Positions 9,505 to 18,811 of a stretch of DNA of 49,435 nucleotides are shown piece by piece. This stretch comes from Oscillatoriales cyanobacterium PMM_0019 (GTDB lineage: Bacteria; Cyanobacteriota; Cyanobacteriia; Cyanobacteriales; CASBRB01), in the NCBI GenBank assembly GCA_949127975.1, contig CASBRB010000229.1, positions 1 through 49,435 on the forward strand, written 5' to 3'. Positions within the stretch are counted from its first letter, which is position 1; every line of letters starts with the position of its first letter. The position numbers and the translations under genes were made by a program. The notes beneath the pieces are model-generated. The model was not told where the DNA came from and ran no database searches. It was given only the letters and a program-made list of their open reading frames with translations.

Positions 9505-10785
9505 TTAATTGAATTGACACTCCCCGCTCGTCATAGACGGGGATTCTTGGTTCGCAGAGCGAACTTGCTCATACAGGATTTCTCCTGCAAAAGTAGCGGT
9601 TCCCTCTCCCCAAGCGTTTAATGGGTCATCCCACAAAGTTCCCGTATGCCCTACGGTACTCAATCCACGCCTTAATATGTTGATAGCAGCATTAAAATCT
9701 CGATCTAGTTCACATCCACAAGCACATTTATGGGTGCGAGTACTTAGAGATTTCTTGACAATGGTTCCACATTTTGAACATTCTTGCGACGTATAGTGAG
9801 GTGGCACAGCAATTGTTACTTTCCCCATTTTCTGCCCAAATCGTTCTACCCATTGTCGAAACTGATACCAACCAGCATCATTTATCGATTTAGCAAGGCA
9901 GTGGTTTTTAACTAAATTCCGTACCTTCAAGTCTTCATAGGCTACCAAATCGTTAGACTGGATTACGCAACGCGCCACTCTCTTGGCGTGTTCTTCACGT
10001 TGCCTACTTATTTTGAGGTGCTGTCTTGCTACTCGATTTCTAGCTTTGTGATAATTGCTAGACTGTGGCTGCTTATGAAGCTTCCTTTCTTTACTGTATT
10101 TTCGGGAAAGACGGCGTTGCAGCTTCTTTAACCTTTTCTCCCCTTCGCGATAAAACTTTGGATTTGGTTCTGCATACCCAGTCGAATCAGTGTAAAACGC
10201 TGCGAGTCCAACATCTAACCCAACAGCTCGATTTGTCGGTTCCGTTTCAACCTTGGGCGGTTCTATCTGAATCACAAATTGGCAATAATACCCATCGGCA
10301 CGTTTGACTAAGCGAACTCGCTTAATCCGATCGATCTGGTAATAGTTCAGATCGTATGTGCCAATAAGTTTTAATTTACCAATACCTTTTTTGTCGGTAA
10401 TGGTTATTGCTTTTCTGTTCTCAGATAACTTCCAGCCACTTGTTTTATATTCAACTGACCTGCCATGCTTCCTGAATTGGGGATAACCCAACCCACCCCT
10501 GGGGTGGGTAGCTTTGCAATTGTCAAAGAACCTCTTAATCGCAGACCAGGCTCGTTCCGCTGCTGCTTGACGCGCCATTGAGTTTAGCTCATCAGCAAAT
10601 TTATATTCAGCGGCTAAGACTTTGCAGTATTTATTCAAGTCGTATTGACTAACGTTTTTACCGTCCATCCAGAGTCTAAGGCATTTATTTCTAATAAAAA
10701 GAGCAGTTCGTATCGCCTCTTCTATGGCGACGAACTGCTCTTTTTTGCCCTTGACTTTAAATTCTATGACGGTTGTTGACGACAT
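9505..10785 (-). CDS. tnpB: RNA-guided endonuclease TnpB
   Basis: RuvC triad VGLDVG / AYEDL / DRDFNAAINI intact; CSKC..CACG zinc ribbon. Confidence 0.95.
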   Translation of the reverse strand: MSSTTVIEFKVKGKKEQFVAIEEAIRTALFIRNKCLRLWMDGKNVSQYDLNKYCKVLAAEYKFADELNSMARQAAAERAWSAIKRFFDNCKATHPRGGLGYPQFRKHGRSVEYKTSGWKLSENRKAITITDKKGIGKLKLIGTYDLNYYQIDRIKRVRLVKRADGYYCQFVIQIEPPKVETEPTNRAVGLDVGLAAFYTDSTGYAEPNPKFYREGEKRLKKLQRRLSRKYSKERKLHKQPQSSNYHKARNRVARQHLKISRQREEHAKRVARCVIQSNDLVAYEDLKVRNLVKNHCLAKSINDAGWYQFRQWVERFGQKMGKVTIAVPPHYTSQECSKCGTIVKKSLSTRTHKCACGCELDRDFNAAINILRRGLSTVGHTGTLWDDPLNAWGEGTATFAGEILYEQVRSANQESPSMTSGECQFN

Positions 10786-10921
10786 AATCCTTCTGCTCGA
10801 CTTATTCTATAGTAGGTCATTATCTATAGATTGTCAAGACTTACGGCAATTAAAATTGCCGTGTCGCTCTACATCCACCGCTTAAAAGACGGTGGTTTTG
10901 AGGCGAACCGTATTCTTTTAG
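9514..10921 (-). mobile_element. IS200/IS605-family element carrying tnpB only (IS1341-like), 1408 bp
   Basis: Inserted 3' of TTAT, ends in TCAA, no TSD; subterminal hairpins ccaccg..cggtgg (~10874-10896) and tccccg..cgggga (~9521-9544). Confidence 0.9.
10809..10837 (-). promoter_or_regulatory. Sigma70-type promoter of tnpB
   Basis: TTGACA-17 bp-TACTAT on the minus strand, ending 23 bp before the ATG. Confidence 0.65.
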
Positions 10922-11106
10922 ATAATATCGGTACATCTTCTGGAGCGGCGGGACGCACTATTAACTCAGTAGTCATTGGTGATTTGTCCTTTGGCATTTG
11001 AATTAAATATTTTTAATCGCATTGCGGCGCAGAGGGTTACGCAGAGTTCGCAAAGGGGGCTGAGGGCTTGAGCCGCAGCTTTTCGTGAGCCCTCTCTCTC
11101 TCCCTT

Positions 11107-12237
11107 TTAGCTTAACCAACCTTTTAGGCGTCGGGCAACCTGAGGACGACGCAGTTTCCGCATGGCTTTGCTCTGAATCTGACGCACTCGCTCCCGGGAG
11201 AGGTTAAACAAGCCGCCTACTTCTTCTAAGGTGTAGGGTTCGGTGCTGCTTAAACCATAGCGTAGAGATATAACATCTTTTTCCCGCTCTGTCAAGACTT
11301 CGCTCAACACTTCTTCAATTTCCTGGCGCATCATGGTTTCGTTCATCTTAGACTCAGGAGACTGGTTATCTGTGTCTTCTAGCAAATCCACCAGTTCGGT
11401 TTCTTCTCCCTTGCCAACTCGATGGTTCAGAGAAAGCGATCGCCGTCGCAATTGTAACAGATGACGCAGATGCTCTGGGGTAATCTCCATTGATTCCGCC
11501 AGTTCTACTTCAGTTGGATTCCGTTGTAGTTGTTGCTTGAGAACGCGCTGGGCTTTTTTCAGTTTGTTCAGCTTCTCAACGATGTGGATGGGCAAGCGAA
11601 TTGTACGGGCATCGTTGGCAATTGTGCGGGTGATAGCTTGACGAATCCACCAGTAGGCATAGGTGGAAAACTTATAACCTTTGTCGGGATCGAACTTTTC
11701 AGTGGCGCGGTTCAAACCTAGAGCGCCTTCCTGAATTAAATCTAAAAACGCAACACCCCGGTTCAAATAGCGCTTGGCAATAGAGACGACTAACCGCAGG
11801 TTCGAGCGAATCATCTTGCGTTTCGCCACCCGACCGCGATAAAGTTGATTATCCAGTTGCTTTTCTGTCAACTCCAAGCCTAAAGCTACTTCTGCTTTGG
11901 TTGGTTCGCGTCGCAGTTGACAGCGCAGGTCTTTTTGAATCTCGTCGATTTTCACCATGAATTGAACGTCATGGGCTAAGACAACTTCTTCTTCTGGCTT
12001 GAGGAGTGGATAGCGTGCCATCTCCTTGAAGAATGTGCCTACTGTGTCATCGGAGAGTGTTCTGCGGCGTGAGTCTACCCGCTCTATCCCTACTAATTCA
12101 TCTGCTGAGGACCCCGACAATTCAACCTCAACAAGGCTTATGCCTGGTTCCTGTAAATCAGGCTCAGCCATATTGTAAAAAATTTTATTGTCTTCAGATT
12201 CCAGCAGGTTCATTTGGCTTAATTCAGAAATATTCAT
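11107..12237 (-). CDS. sigE: Group 2 RNA polymerase sigma factor, SigE type
   Basis: DTVGTFFKEMARYPLL, SNLRLVVSIAK, STYAYWWIRQ, C-terminal RPQVARRLKGWL. Confidence 0.85.
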   Translation of the reverse strand: MNISELSQMNLLESEDNKIFYNMAEPDLQEPGISLVEVELSGSSADELVGIERVDSRRRTLSDDTVGTFFKEMARYPLLKPEEEVVLAHDVQFMVKIDEIQKDLRCQLRREPTKAEVALGLELTEKQLDNQLYRGRVAKRKMIRSNLRLVVSIAKRYLNRGVAFLDLIQEGALGLNRATEKFDPDKGYKFSTYAYWWIRQAITRTIANDARTIRLPIHIVEKLNKLKKAQRVLKQQLQRNPTEVELAESMEITPEHLRHLLQLRRRSLSLNHRVGKGEETELVDLLEDTDNQSPESKMNETMMRQEIEEVLSEVLTEREKDVISLRYGLSSTEPYTLEEVGGLFNLSRERVRQIQSKAMRKLRRPQVARRLKGWLS

Positions 12238-12374
12238 AAGTTTGCTCTAATTCAGGACAAGATAAAGTGAATTTGTAAGTCAGGTTGCTATATCTGCGTT
12301 GATAACAACATCAACCATAAACTGGAAAAACCTTGAGAGCGCTGAGTGACAAATCAGAACTTAAATTTTTTTAA

Positions 12375-12388
12375 GTATTGTCTGTTAC
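12375..12388. promoter_or_regulatory. Candidate NtcA box upstream of sigE
   Basis: GTA-TTGTCTGT-TAC (GTA-N8-TAC); sigE is an NtcA target in model cyanobacteria. Confidence 0.55.
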
Positions 12389-12640
12389 GATTACAGGATC
12401 TCATATAATAAAGTAATTCCTCTCTACCAATGGTGAGAAAAAAAGACATCTTCCCTGCGTAGTAGTGTTGCTAGTAAATATGAAGTTTGATAGTCAAAAC
12501 TTCAACCACTTGGCGGATGGCGGTATGCTACGGTGCCCGATCGCCATCTAAACTTATCCAGTTCCAGAATAACGTAAAATTAGCTAAAACTGGCGATCTA
12601 GGCATCGCGTGCAAGTCCCTCTCTGGTACAGGTCGGTTGT

Positions 12641-15175
12641 ATGTCAAATTCTAAACAGTTTTCTGCTGTGATGGCTGAGCCTAAGGCATCTTATGATGCT
12701 AGTGCTCCTGGTGAGCGGTTTATAGAAGTGCTGGTTGATTTTCCAGGGGCACCGGAAACACAGAAATTGTATACCTATCGGTTGCCAGCAGATTTGACAG
12801 TGCAGCCAGGGGATATTTTGAGTGTGCCGTTTGGAGCGCAGCAGGTGGGATCAATTGCCATTCGTCTCCTATCTCAGTTGCCACCCGATTTAACATCTGA
12901 AAAAATTCGCTATATCGAGGATGTAGTTTGTTCTGGGTTTTTCCCCTTTTCCTATTGGGAGCTAATTGAGCGAGTAGCACAATATTATTACACGCCCCTA
13001 ATGCAAGTGATTAAGGTCGCACTGCCGCCTGGGTTGTTGGCGCGATCGTCTCGTCGCATTCGCCTTAACGCAGACAAGAGTGGGGGTAGTACTAGCGCTG
13101 ATGCCTTCCTTAGTCCGGCAGCCCGTCAAATTCTGGGACTATTAAGAGCGCAACCAGATGGGGACTACAGTTGGAAGCACCTCCAGGGCAAAGTGAGAAA
13201 CGCTCACCAGGGACTAAGAGAGTTGTTACGCAGGCGTTGGGTGGAAAGTTACTTTGAAGCACCAAAACCAACACGACCAAAGCTGCAAAAAGCAGTTACG
13301 CTGGTGATTGACGCATTTCCCAGCGACCTCACTCCCCGCCAAAGGGAAGTTTTAGAAGTGCTGCGCCGTCGGGGTGGGGATTTGTGGCTGAGTGAGTTGT
13401 TACAAATTTGTAGCACCAGTTCCTCAACTCTCAAGGCATTGGAACAGAAAGGCTACATTACCATCGAACAGCGGGAAGTGTTGCGGAAAGATTATACACC
13501 ATTGGTGGCAAGTGAGGAAGCCAAATCTTTAACCGATGCCCAGGCTCAAGCGTTGGCAACTATTACTCAGTTGTCTGGAACAGCAACTGTGCTGTTGCAC
13601 GGCGTCACTGGCTCTGGAAAAACGGAGGTATATTTACAAGCGATCGCACCCGTCTTAGAATGCGGACAATCAGCCCTCGTCCTAGTGCCAGAAATTGGCT
13701 TAACTCCTCAGCTCACAGACAGATTTACTGCTCGTTTCGGTAACAAAGTTTGCGTCTATCACAGTGCCCTATCCGATGGCGAACGCTACGACACCTGGCG
13801 TCAAATGCTCACGGGCGAACCACAGGTGGTAATTGGTACTCGCTCAGCCGTGTTTGCCCCTCTGCCCAAGTTGGGCTTAATCTTTTTAGATGAAGAACAC
13901 GACTCCAGCTTTAAACAAGAGCAAAAATCACCCACCTACCACGCTCGTACCGTTGCTACTTGGCGTTCCGAACTAGAAAACTGCCCACTTGTCTTAGGTT
14001 CCGCTACCCCCTCTCTAGAAACTTGGGTGAACATTAACCAGCAAGGGACAGCAGCACAGGAAAATTCCACTCATTACCTATCCCTGCCAGAACGTGTCTA
14101 CTCGCGCCCCCTGCCGCCTGTAGAAGTGATAGATATGCGCCAAGAGTTGCGAGATGGCAATCGATCGATTTTCAGTCGCTCTCTTCAGGAATCCTTGCAG
14201 CAGCTACACGAACGCCAACAACAGGGAATTTTGTTTATCCACCGCCGAGGATATAGTACTTTTGTATCTTGTCGCAGTTGTGGTTATGTGATAGAATGTC
14301 CTAATTGTGATGTTTCTTTGGCATATCACCACAGCCAAGAGGGAGCAGTTGAGCTATTGCGGTGTCATTACTGTAATTTTGTGCGATCGCACCCTCAAAA
14401 TTGCCCAGAATGCGGTTCCCCTTACTTAAAATTCTTTGGCAGTGGCACCCAACGCATAGAACAAGAAATAGCGCGGCAGTTCCCCCAGTTGAGTTGCATC
14501 CGGTTTGATAGCGATACTACCCGTACCAAAGGCGCTCACCGTAGCCTGCTGACGCGCTTTACTAATCGAGAAGCCGATTTATTAATTGGTACTCAAATGC
14601 TGACTAAAGGGCTGGATTTACCCCAGGTGACGGTAGTGGGCGTGGTGGCGGCAGATGGGCTGTTATATCTAGGCGACTACCGAGCATCAGAGAGAGCCTT
14701 TCAAACTCTAACTCAAGTTGCTGGGCGCTCTGGGCGTGGTAACGATCCTGGTAAAGTGATTATCCAAACTTACACCCCCGAACACGCTGTTATTCAAGCA
14801 GTGCGTCGTCACGAGTATCAATCTTTTATTGAGGCAGAATTACAACAACGTGCAGCACTCAACTATCCCCCTTATGGGCGTCTAATTTTGTATCGACTGA
14901 GCAGTGTAGATGAAAGAGCTGTTGAGGAAGCTGCCGAAATATTAGGAGCGGAATTACGCCAAACTGAGTCAGACGAAACTGTTAAATCCAGTTATGAGAT
15001 CCTGGGACCAGCACCAGCTAATATTATGCGGATAGCTAATAAATATCGGTGGCAGATTTTGCTCAAGTTTCCCCCGGATGTTGCTGTAGAGTTACCGGAT
15101 TTAGCTTATTTGCGTACACTATGCCCAGATTCAGTAAGTTTAACGATTGATGTAGATCCGTTGAATTTGAGCTGA
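12641..15175 (+). CDS. priA: Primosomal protein N'
   Basis: GVTGSGKT, DEEH, four CxxC pairs, QVAGRSGR. Confidence 0.96.
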   Translation: MSNSKQFSAVMAEPKASYDASAPGERFIEVLVDFPGAPETQKLYTYRLPADLTVQPGDILSVPFGAQQVGSIAIRLLSQLPPDLTSEKIRYIEDVVCSGFFPFSYWELIERVAQYYYTPLMQVIKVALPPGLLARSSRRIRLNADKSGGSTSADAFLSPAARQILGLLRAQPDGDYSWKHLQGKVRNAHQGLRELLRRRWVESYFEAPKPTRPKLQKAVTLVIDAFPSDLTPRQREVLEVLRRRGGDLWLSELLQICSTSSSTLKALEQKGYITIEQREVLRKDYTPLVASEEAKSLTDAQAQALATITQLSGTATVLLHGVTGSGKTEVYLQAIAPVLECGQSALVLVPEIGLTPQLTDRFTARFGNKVCVYHSALSDGERYDTWRQMLTGEPQVVIGTRSAVFAPLPKLGLIFLDEEHDSSFKQEQKSPTYHARTVATWRSELENCPLVLGSATPSLETWVNINQQGTAAQENSTHYLSLPERVYSRPLPPVEVIDMRQELRDGNRSIFSRSLQESLQQLHERQQQGILFIHRRGYSTFVSCRSCGYVIECPNCDVSLAYHHSQEGAVELLRCHYCNFVRSHPQNCPECGSPYLKFFGSGTQRIEQEIARQFPQLSCIRFDSDTTRTKGAHRSLLTRFTNREADLLIGTQMLTKGLDLPQVTVVGVVAADGLLYLGDYRASERAFQTLTQVAGRSGRGNDPGKVIIQTYTPEHAVIQAVRRHEYQSFIEAELQQRAALNYPPYGRLILYRLSSVDERAVEEAAEILGAELRQTESDETVKSSYEILGPAPANIMRIANKYRWQILLKFPPDVAVELPDLAYLRTLCPDSVSLTIDVDPLNLS

Positions 15176-15186
15176 TAGGAGCGCTC

Positions 15187-15447
15187 TTAATTGCGATAAA
15201 CATTACGTCTATGACCAACATGAAATACAGTTACGACTTGTTGCCGATCGTCAATGTCATAGAGTACCCGGTAACTCCCGACGCGAATGCGCCACCCTTC
15301 GCGATTAGTTAATTTAATACAGCCCTGAGGTCTAGGAATTTCGGCAAGCTCAAAAATAGCCTGACGGACTTGTGTATAAGCCTCAACAGGCAGTAGAGCC
15401 AATTCTTTTTGAGCGCGTCGCACAATTAAGAGAGTATAACTCATCAA
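15187..15447 (-). CDS. relE: RelE/ParE family toxin
   Basis: AQKEL, PRPQGCIKL, WRIRVGSYRVLY, VGHRRNVY. Confidence 0.9.
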   Translation of the reverse strand: MMSYTLLIVRRAQKELALLPVEAYTQVRQAIFELAEIPRPQGCIKLTNREGWRIRVGSYRVLYDIDDRQQVVTVFHVGHRRNVYRN

Positions 15448-15644
15448 TGCTCCTGCTCAATTTCAGCTACTGCCTGCTCGAAGGGAATAGCTTCATCGCC
15501 AGATTCCTTAGCATCATCATAAGCACGTATGGATGCCAACTCTTCGAGTTCTTCAAGGATTTTGTGGTAATCTTCTATATTCAGGAATACTCCGATCTGG
15601 TTTCCGTTTTCATCTATAATATAGTGTTGTTTGAATCTAATCAT
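15444..15644 (-). CDS. Antitoxin partner of RelE
   Basis: YIIDENGNQIGV..LEELEELASIRAYDDAK..IPFEQA; overlaps the toxin start; ATG at 15644. Confidence 0.8.
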   Translation of the reverse strand: MIRFKQHYIIDENGNQIGVFLNIEDYHKILEELEELASIRAYDDAKESGDEAIPFEQAVAEIEQEH

Positions 15645-15673
15645 TATGAATAATCTCAAATTTTTCTTATTTA

Positions 15674-15758
15674 CAGGTTCGTAGTGAGGGCTTTAGCCCT
15701 GTCAGGTTCGTAGTGAGGGCTTTAGCCCTGTCAGGTTCGTAGTGAGGGCTTTAGCCCT
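15674..15758. repeat. Three tandem 29-bp GTAGTGAGGG-type REP units
   Basis: caggttcgtagtgagggctttagccctgt three times, no spacers. Confidence 0.92.
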
Positions 15759-15764
15759 AAACCC

Positions 15765-16166
15765 CTACTCAATCAAGTAGGTAAACCAAAATAAACCCGG
15801 TTCTTTGTGACTAGCTTGCCGTCGAGCCAAACGCCAGGTTTTGCCCTCTATCTGACGTTGTAAATAAACATCAAAGTTTTGCCTTTGACTCACCTGATGC
15901 TTTGGTAGCTTGACAGTAACGTTGTAATTCCCCTGGATGTGGTAGCTGGGTAAATCTTCTATTTTTAATGGTTCGGTGTCGGTAATTTGTAGGTGCTTGA
16001 CTTCAAAGAAAGCAGGTGGTGAGCCGAGATGCTGGCTAAACTGCTGGTGGGCTAAATTGAGCTGGAGTGCTAGAGCTTTCTCCACCAGTTGACTGCTCGG
16101 TGGCGCTACACCAGAGCAGCCCGTCAAAAACCAAATCAGCATTACTGTCAAAATTAGCCTTATCAT
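15765..16166 (-). CDS. Conserved cyanobacterial lipoprotein
   Basis: Signal peptide with LTGC lipobox; FDVYLQRQIEGKTWRL motif. Confidence 0.75.
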   Translation of the reverse strand: MIRLILTVMLIWFLTGCSGVAPPSSQLVEKALALQLNLAHQQFSQHLGSPPAFFEVKHLQITDTEPLKIEDLPSYHIQGNYNVTVKLPKHQVSQRQNFDVYLQRQIEGKTWRLARRQASHKEPGLFWFTYLIE

Positions 16167-16230
16167 AGATCTTATCCCCGCTGTTTATCTCGCCAGTTTT
16201 AGAATAGGCTTTCTTTGATTTTCCAAAACT

Positions 16231-16896
16231 ATGTCCAAAAACACACTAGGTCTTGAGCAGCAAGTCCACGATTATCTATTATCTGTATCTTTACGCGAAC
16301 CGGATCAACTCCGGCAACTGCGGGAAGAAACCGCCCGTCATCCTCATGGGATCATGCAGATTTCACCAGAACAAGGGCAGTTTATGGCACTGCTCATCCA
16401 ATTGCTAGGGGCTACCAAAACCCTGGAAATTGGTGTGTTTACTGGTTATAGCTCTCTGTCGGTAGCTTTAGCCCTTCCCCCAAATGGTAAAATTATCGCT
16501 TGCGATGTTAGTGAAGAATATACCTCGATCGCTCGTCGCTATTGGCAGGCGGCTGGGGTAGCAGACAAAATTGATTTGCGTATAGCACCAGCACTCACGA
16601 CTTTAGATCAGCTTTTGGCTACTGGGCAAGCAGGAACATTTGACTTTGCTTTTATTGATGCGGATAAGTATAATTATCTAGCGTATTATGAAAAAGCTCT
16701 CGAACTCATTCGTCCCGGCGGTTTGATTGCCATTGATAACGTTCTCTGGTCTGGACAGGTTGCCAACCCTCAAGTGCAAGATCATAGTACCCAAGCGATC
16801 CGAGCGTTCAATGAGAAGTTGCACCACGACGAACGGGTGTCACTCAGCATGGTTCCGATCGCCGATGGACTCACTTTAGCACTAAAGCGACCTTAG
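16231..16896 (+). CDS. SAM-dependent O-methyltransferase (caffeoyl-CoA OMT family)
   Basis: [24 protein letters not shown]. Confidence 0.93.
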   Translation: MSKNTLGLEQQVHDYLLSVSLREPDQLRQLREETARHPHGIMQISPEQGQFMALLIQLLGATKTLEIGVFTGYSSLSVALALPPNGKIIACDVSEEYTSIARRYWQAAGVADKIDLRIAPALTTLDQLLATGQAGTFDFAFIDADKYNYLAYYEKALELIRPGGLIAIDNVLWSGQVANPQVQDHSTQAIRAFNEKLHHDERVSLSMVPIADGLTLALKRP

Positions 16897-16970
16897 TTGA
16901 ATTCGGTGACAACCTAGCCCTGTCAAGGTGTTTTTGCGTGTGTTCTCGTTTCTCGTTCCCAGCCTTGGCC

Positions 16971-17167
16971 CTTGTCCTTACCCACATTTATCGCTCATCC
17001 ATCAGCCCGCCTCCGGTTCAAACCGGAGGCTAATAGCCAAAGTCCGTTAAAACGGACTGAAAGCTACTTAAAAATAATTAGTCGGTTTTAACCGACTTAA
17101 GCTTAAGCTGCGCGATTTGAATCGCTGGCGGGATTGAAACGAAGCTAGAAATCTGGTTAAGGACAAG
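16971..17167. mobile_element. 197-bp MITE with CTTGTCCTTA ends and 9-bp target duplication GCCTTGGCC
   Basis: TIR cttgtccttacccacattt / aaatctggttaaggacaag; gccttggcc at 16962-16970 and 17168-17176; several internal hairpins. Confidence 0.85.
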
Positions 17168-17301
17168 GCCTTGGCCTGGAACGAAGCCTTTGAGGCTCTG
17201 CCTCATGTCGTCGATCGAGATGAAAATGTAAACTATGTAACTATACTAAGTCATAAAATTTGGTATTTCAAGAGAAGAGATAAATTATTTAGGCGCTTGC
17301 T

Positions 17302-17652
17302 ATGGAATACACCTTTGACATCTTAGGAGTTTCTCCTGTTCTCTACTTCTTCAATCAACAACAAGAAATTATTCAGAAAAATCCCCAGCCTAGCGTAGAA
17401 TACATAGGAACTTATAAATGCACCCTTGATGCTTTCCTTGATAACATCGAGCGTGTTACCCCAAAGCGCGGTTGGAATTTTGATGAAATCGCGAACACAG
17501 TGCTTAACTTTTGGCTCAATCACTCGGACAACATTCGTTATTGGCAATCTCGACTAACGGATGCTGGTAAGGAAAATCTGTTGGTGTCAAGAGTTGCTGA
17601 CATTCAAGGGTTGCAGGAAGAGTTTGAATTTTTACTGGGTAAAGGTTTTTGA
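17302..17652 (+). CDS. Conserved cyanobacterial hypothetical protein
   Basis: YTFDILGVSPVL..F, CTLDAF, DAGKENLLVSRV. Confidence 0.8.
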   Translation: MEYTFDILGVSPVLYFFNQQQEIIQKNPQPSVEYIGTYKCTLDAFLDNIERVTPKRGWNFDEIANTVLNFWLNHSDNIRYWQSRLTDAGKENLLVSRVADIQGLQEEFEFLLGKGF

Positions 17653-17815
17653 TCAAGAGTACCAGGATTGTAGGGGCGAGAGCCCCTACGATTAATTGAC
17701 TCCTGACTCCTGTTCATTACTCATTTTATTTTTCGCTGTTTAAAAAACTTTAAACTTCACTGGATTTTTTTGTCAAATTGCTGTATTATAGTCACGTTTT
17801 TAATATCCGACTTGT

Positions 17816-18652
17816 ATGAGCAAAATTTCATCCCTAGCCAAGTCTGCGGTTGTGGTTCTAATTGCTGGAGTGAGTTTAATCTATCCTACTCGAATTCAGA
17901 CCCAAACACTTGGAGATGCTCCAATCCCACAGCCAGAGCCAACAAACACACCTCTTGAGGCTATTCCCATTCCCATAACACCTCCATCACCAGCGCAACC
18001 ATCTGTACTACCGCCTTCACAGCAGGTACTTACAGATAACTTAATTTCTCAAGTTTGGTGGCAACAGAAAATAAAATCTCAAGTTAGAACGGCTCACAAA
18101 AAGCAATACGATGCTTGTTTGTTTGGTGATTCAATATCCTCAGGAATTGGCAATACACTGGGAGATGGCACTTTTAACTTCGCCTTAGGAGGGATGAGTA
18201 CCGTTTCCCTCATTGAACAGTTAAAAAGTTTATCGACAGCCAAATTAAAATGCAGTCTAGCTGTTATTGCAGTGGGGACAAATGACGCCGATTACAATAT
18301 TACAAATGATATGTTTTTGAAAAATATGAAACAAAGTATTGCTTTGGTGAAAAGTATGGGAGCTGACAATGTATATTTGGTTCCTGCTTTTTACTCTACT
18401 ACTGAGGCGAGTAATCAGCCCCGGCTAGCTGGTTCTCTTGCCAGAGTAGAAGAAATTAACGCTCTTATTCGTCAAGTAGCAGCAATGGAAAAGGTGGTAC
18501 TTTTTGAGCAAGATATTCAACCATTGTACCAAGGTCAAGCTCTGAGAAAAGATTTAACCACTGATGGTGTTCATCTCAATGCCGAAGGTAAAAAAATTTA
18601 TCGGCACGCTTTATCAAAATTACTCAGTCTCCGTTTTAAAGGGTGTGATTAG
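17816..18652 (+). CDS. Secreted SGNH/GDSL hydrolase
   Basis: Signal/anchor, Pro-rich linker, FGDSIS, GTND, DGVH. Confidence 0.85.
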   Translation: MSKISSLAKSAVVVLIAGVSLIYPTRIQTQTLGDAPIPQPEPTNTPLEAIPIPITPPSPAQPSVLPPSQQVLTDNLISQVWWQQKIKSQVRTAHKKQYDACLFGDSISSGIGNTLGDGTFNFALGGMSTVSLIEQLKSLSTAKLKCSLAVIAVGTNDADYNITNDMFLKNMKQSIALVKSMGADNVYLVPAFYSTTEASNQPRLAGSLARVEEINALIRQVAAMEKVVLFEQDIQPLYQGQALRKDLTTDGVHLNAEGKKIYRHALSKLLSLRFKGCD

Positions 18653-18811
18653 TCATTTGTCTTATCGAATCCTTTGGCATCTGAATTAATTTTTTTTAAT
18701 CGCATTGCGGCGCAAAGGTAAGCGCAAAGGGCGCAGAGGTAGCTGCAATCATTAGGACTGTAGCACTGCCTCTACATTTAGCGGTTCCTAGGGGCAATCC
18801 CCCTGGGAATT

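Larger units (their letters stand above)
9101..10976 (-). pseudogene. GNAT (diamine-acetyltransferase-like) gene split by an IS: 5' part 10976-10922, 3' part 9513-9101
   Basis: Joining the two parts gives MTTELIVRPAAPEDVPILFQLIQALAEYEKL... in frame; YLEDIFV, QRQGIG and EWSVLDWN motifs. Confidence 0.9.

Noticed and set aside
9514-10921. IStron (group I intron fused to IS) allowing splicing of the GNAT mRNA
   Set aside because: Only about 136 bp precede tnpB, filled by the end hairpin and promoter; too short for a group I ribozyme
16231-16896. O-methyltransferase as a lanthipeptide tailoring enzyme
   Set aside because: It lies 16 kb from lanM among housekeeping genes and is a common CCoAOMT type, not a PIMT type
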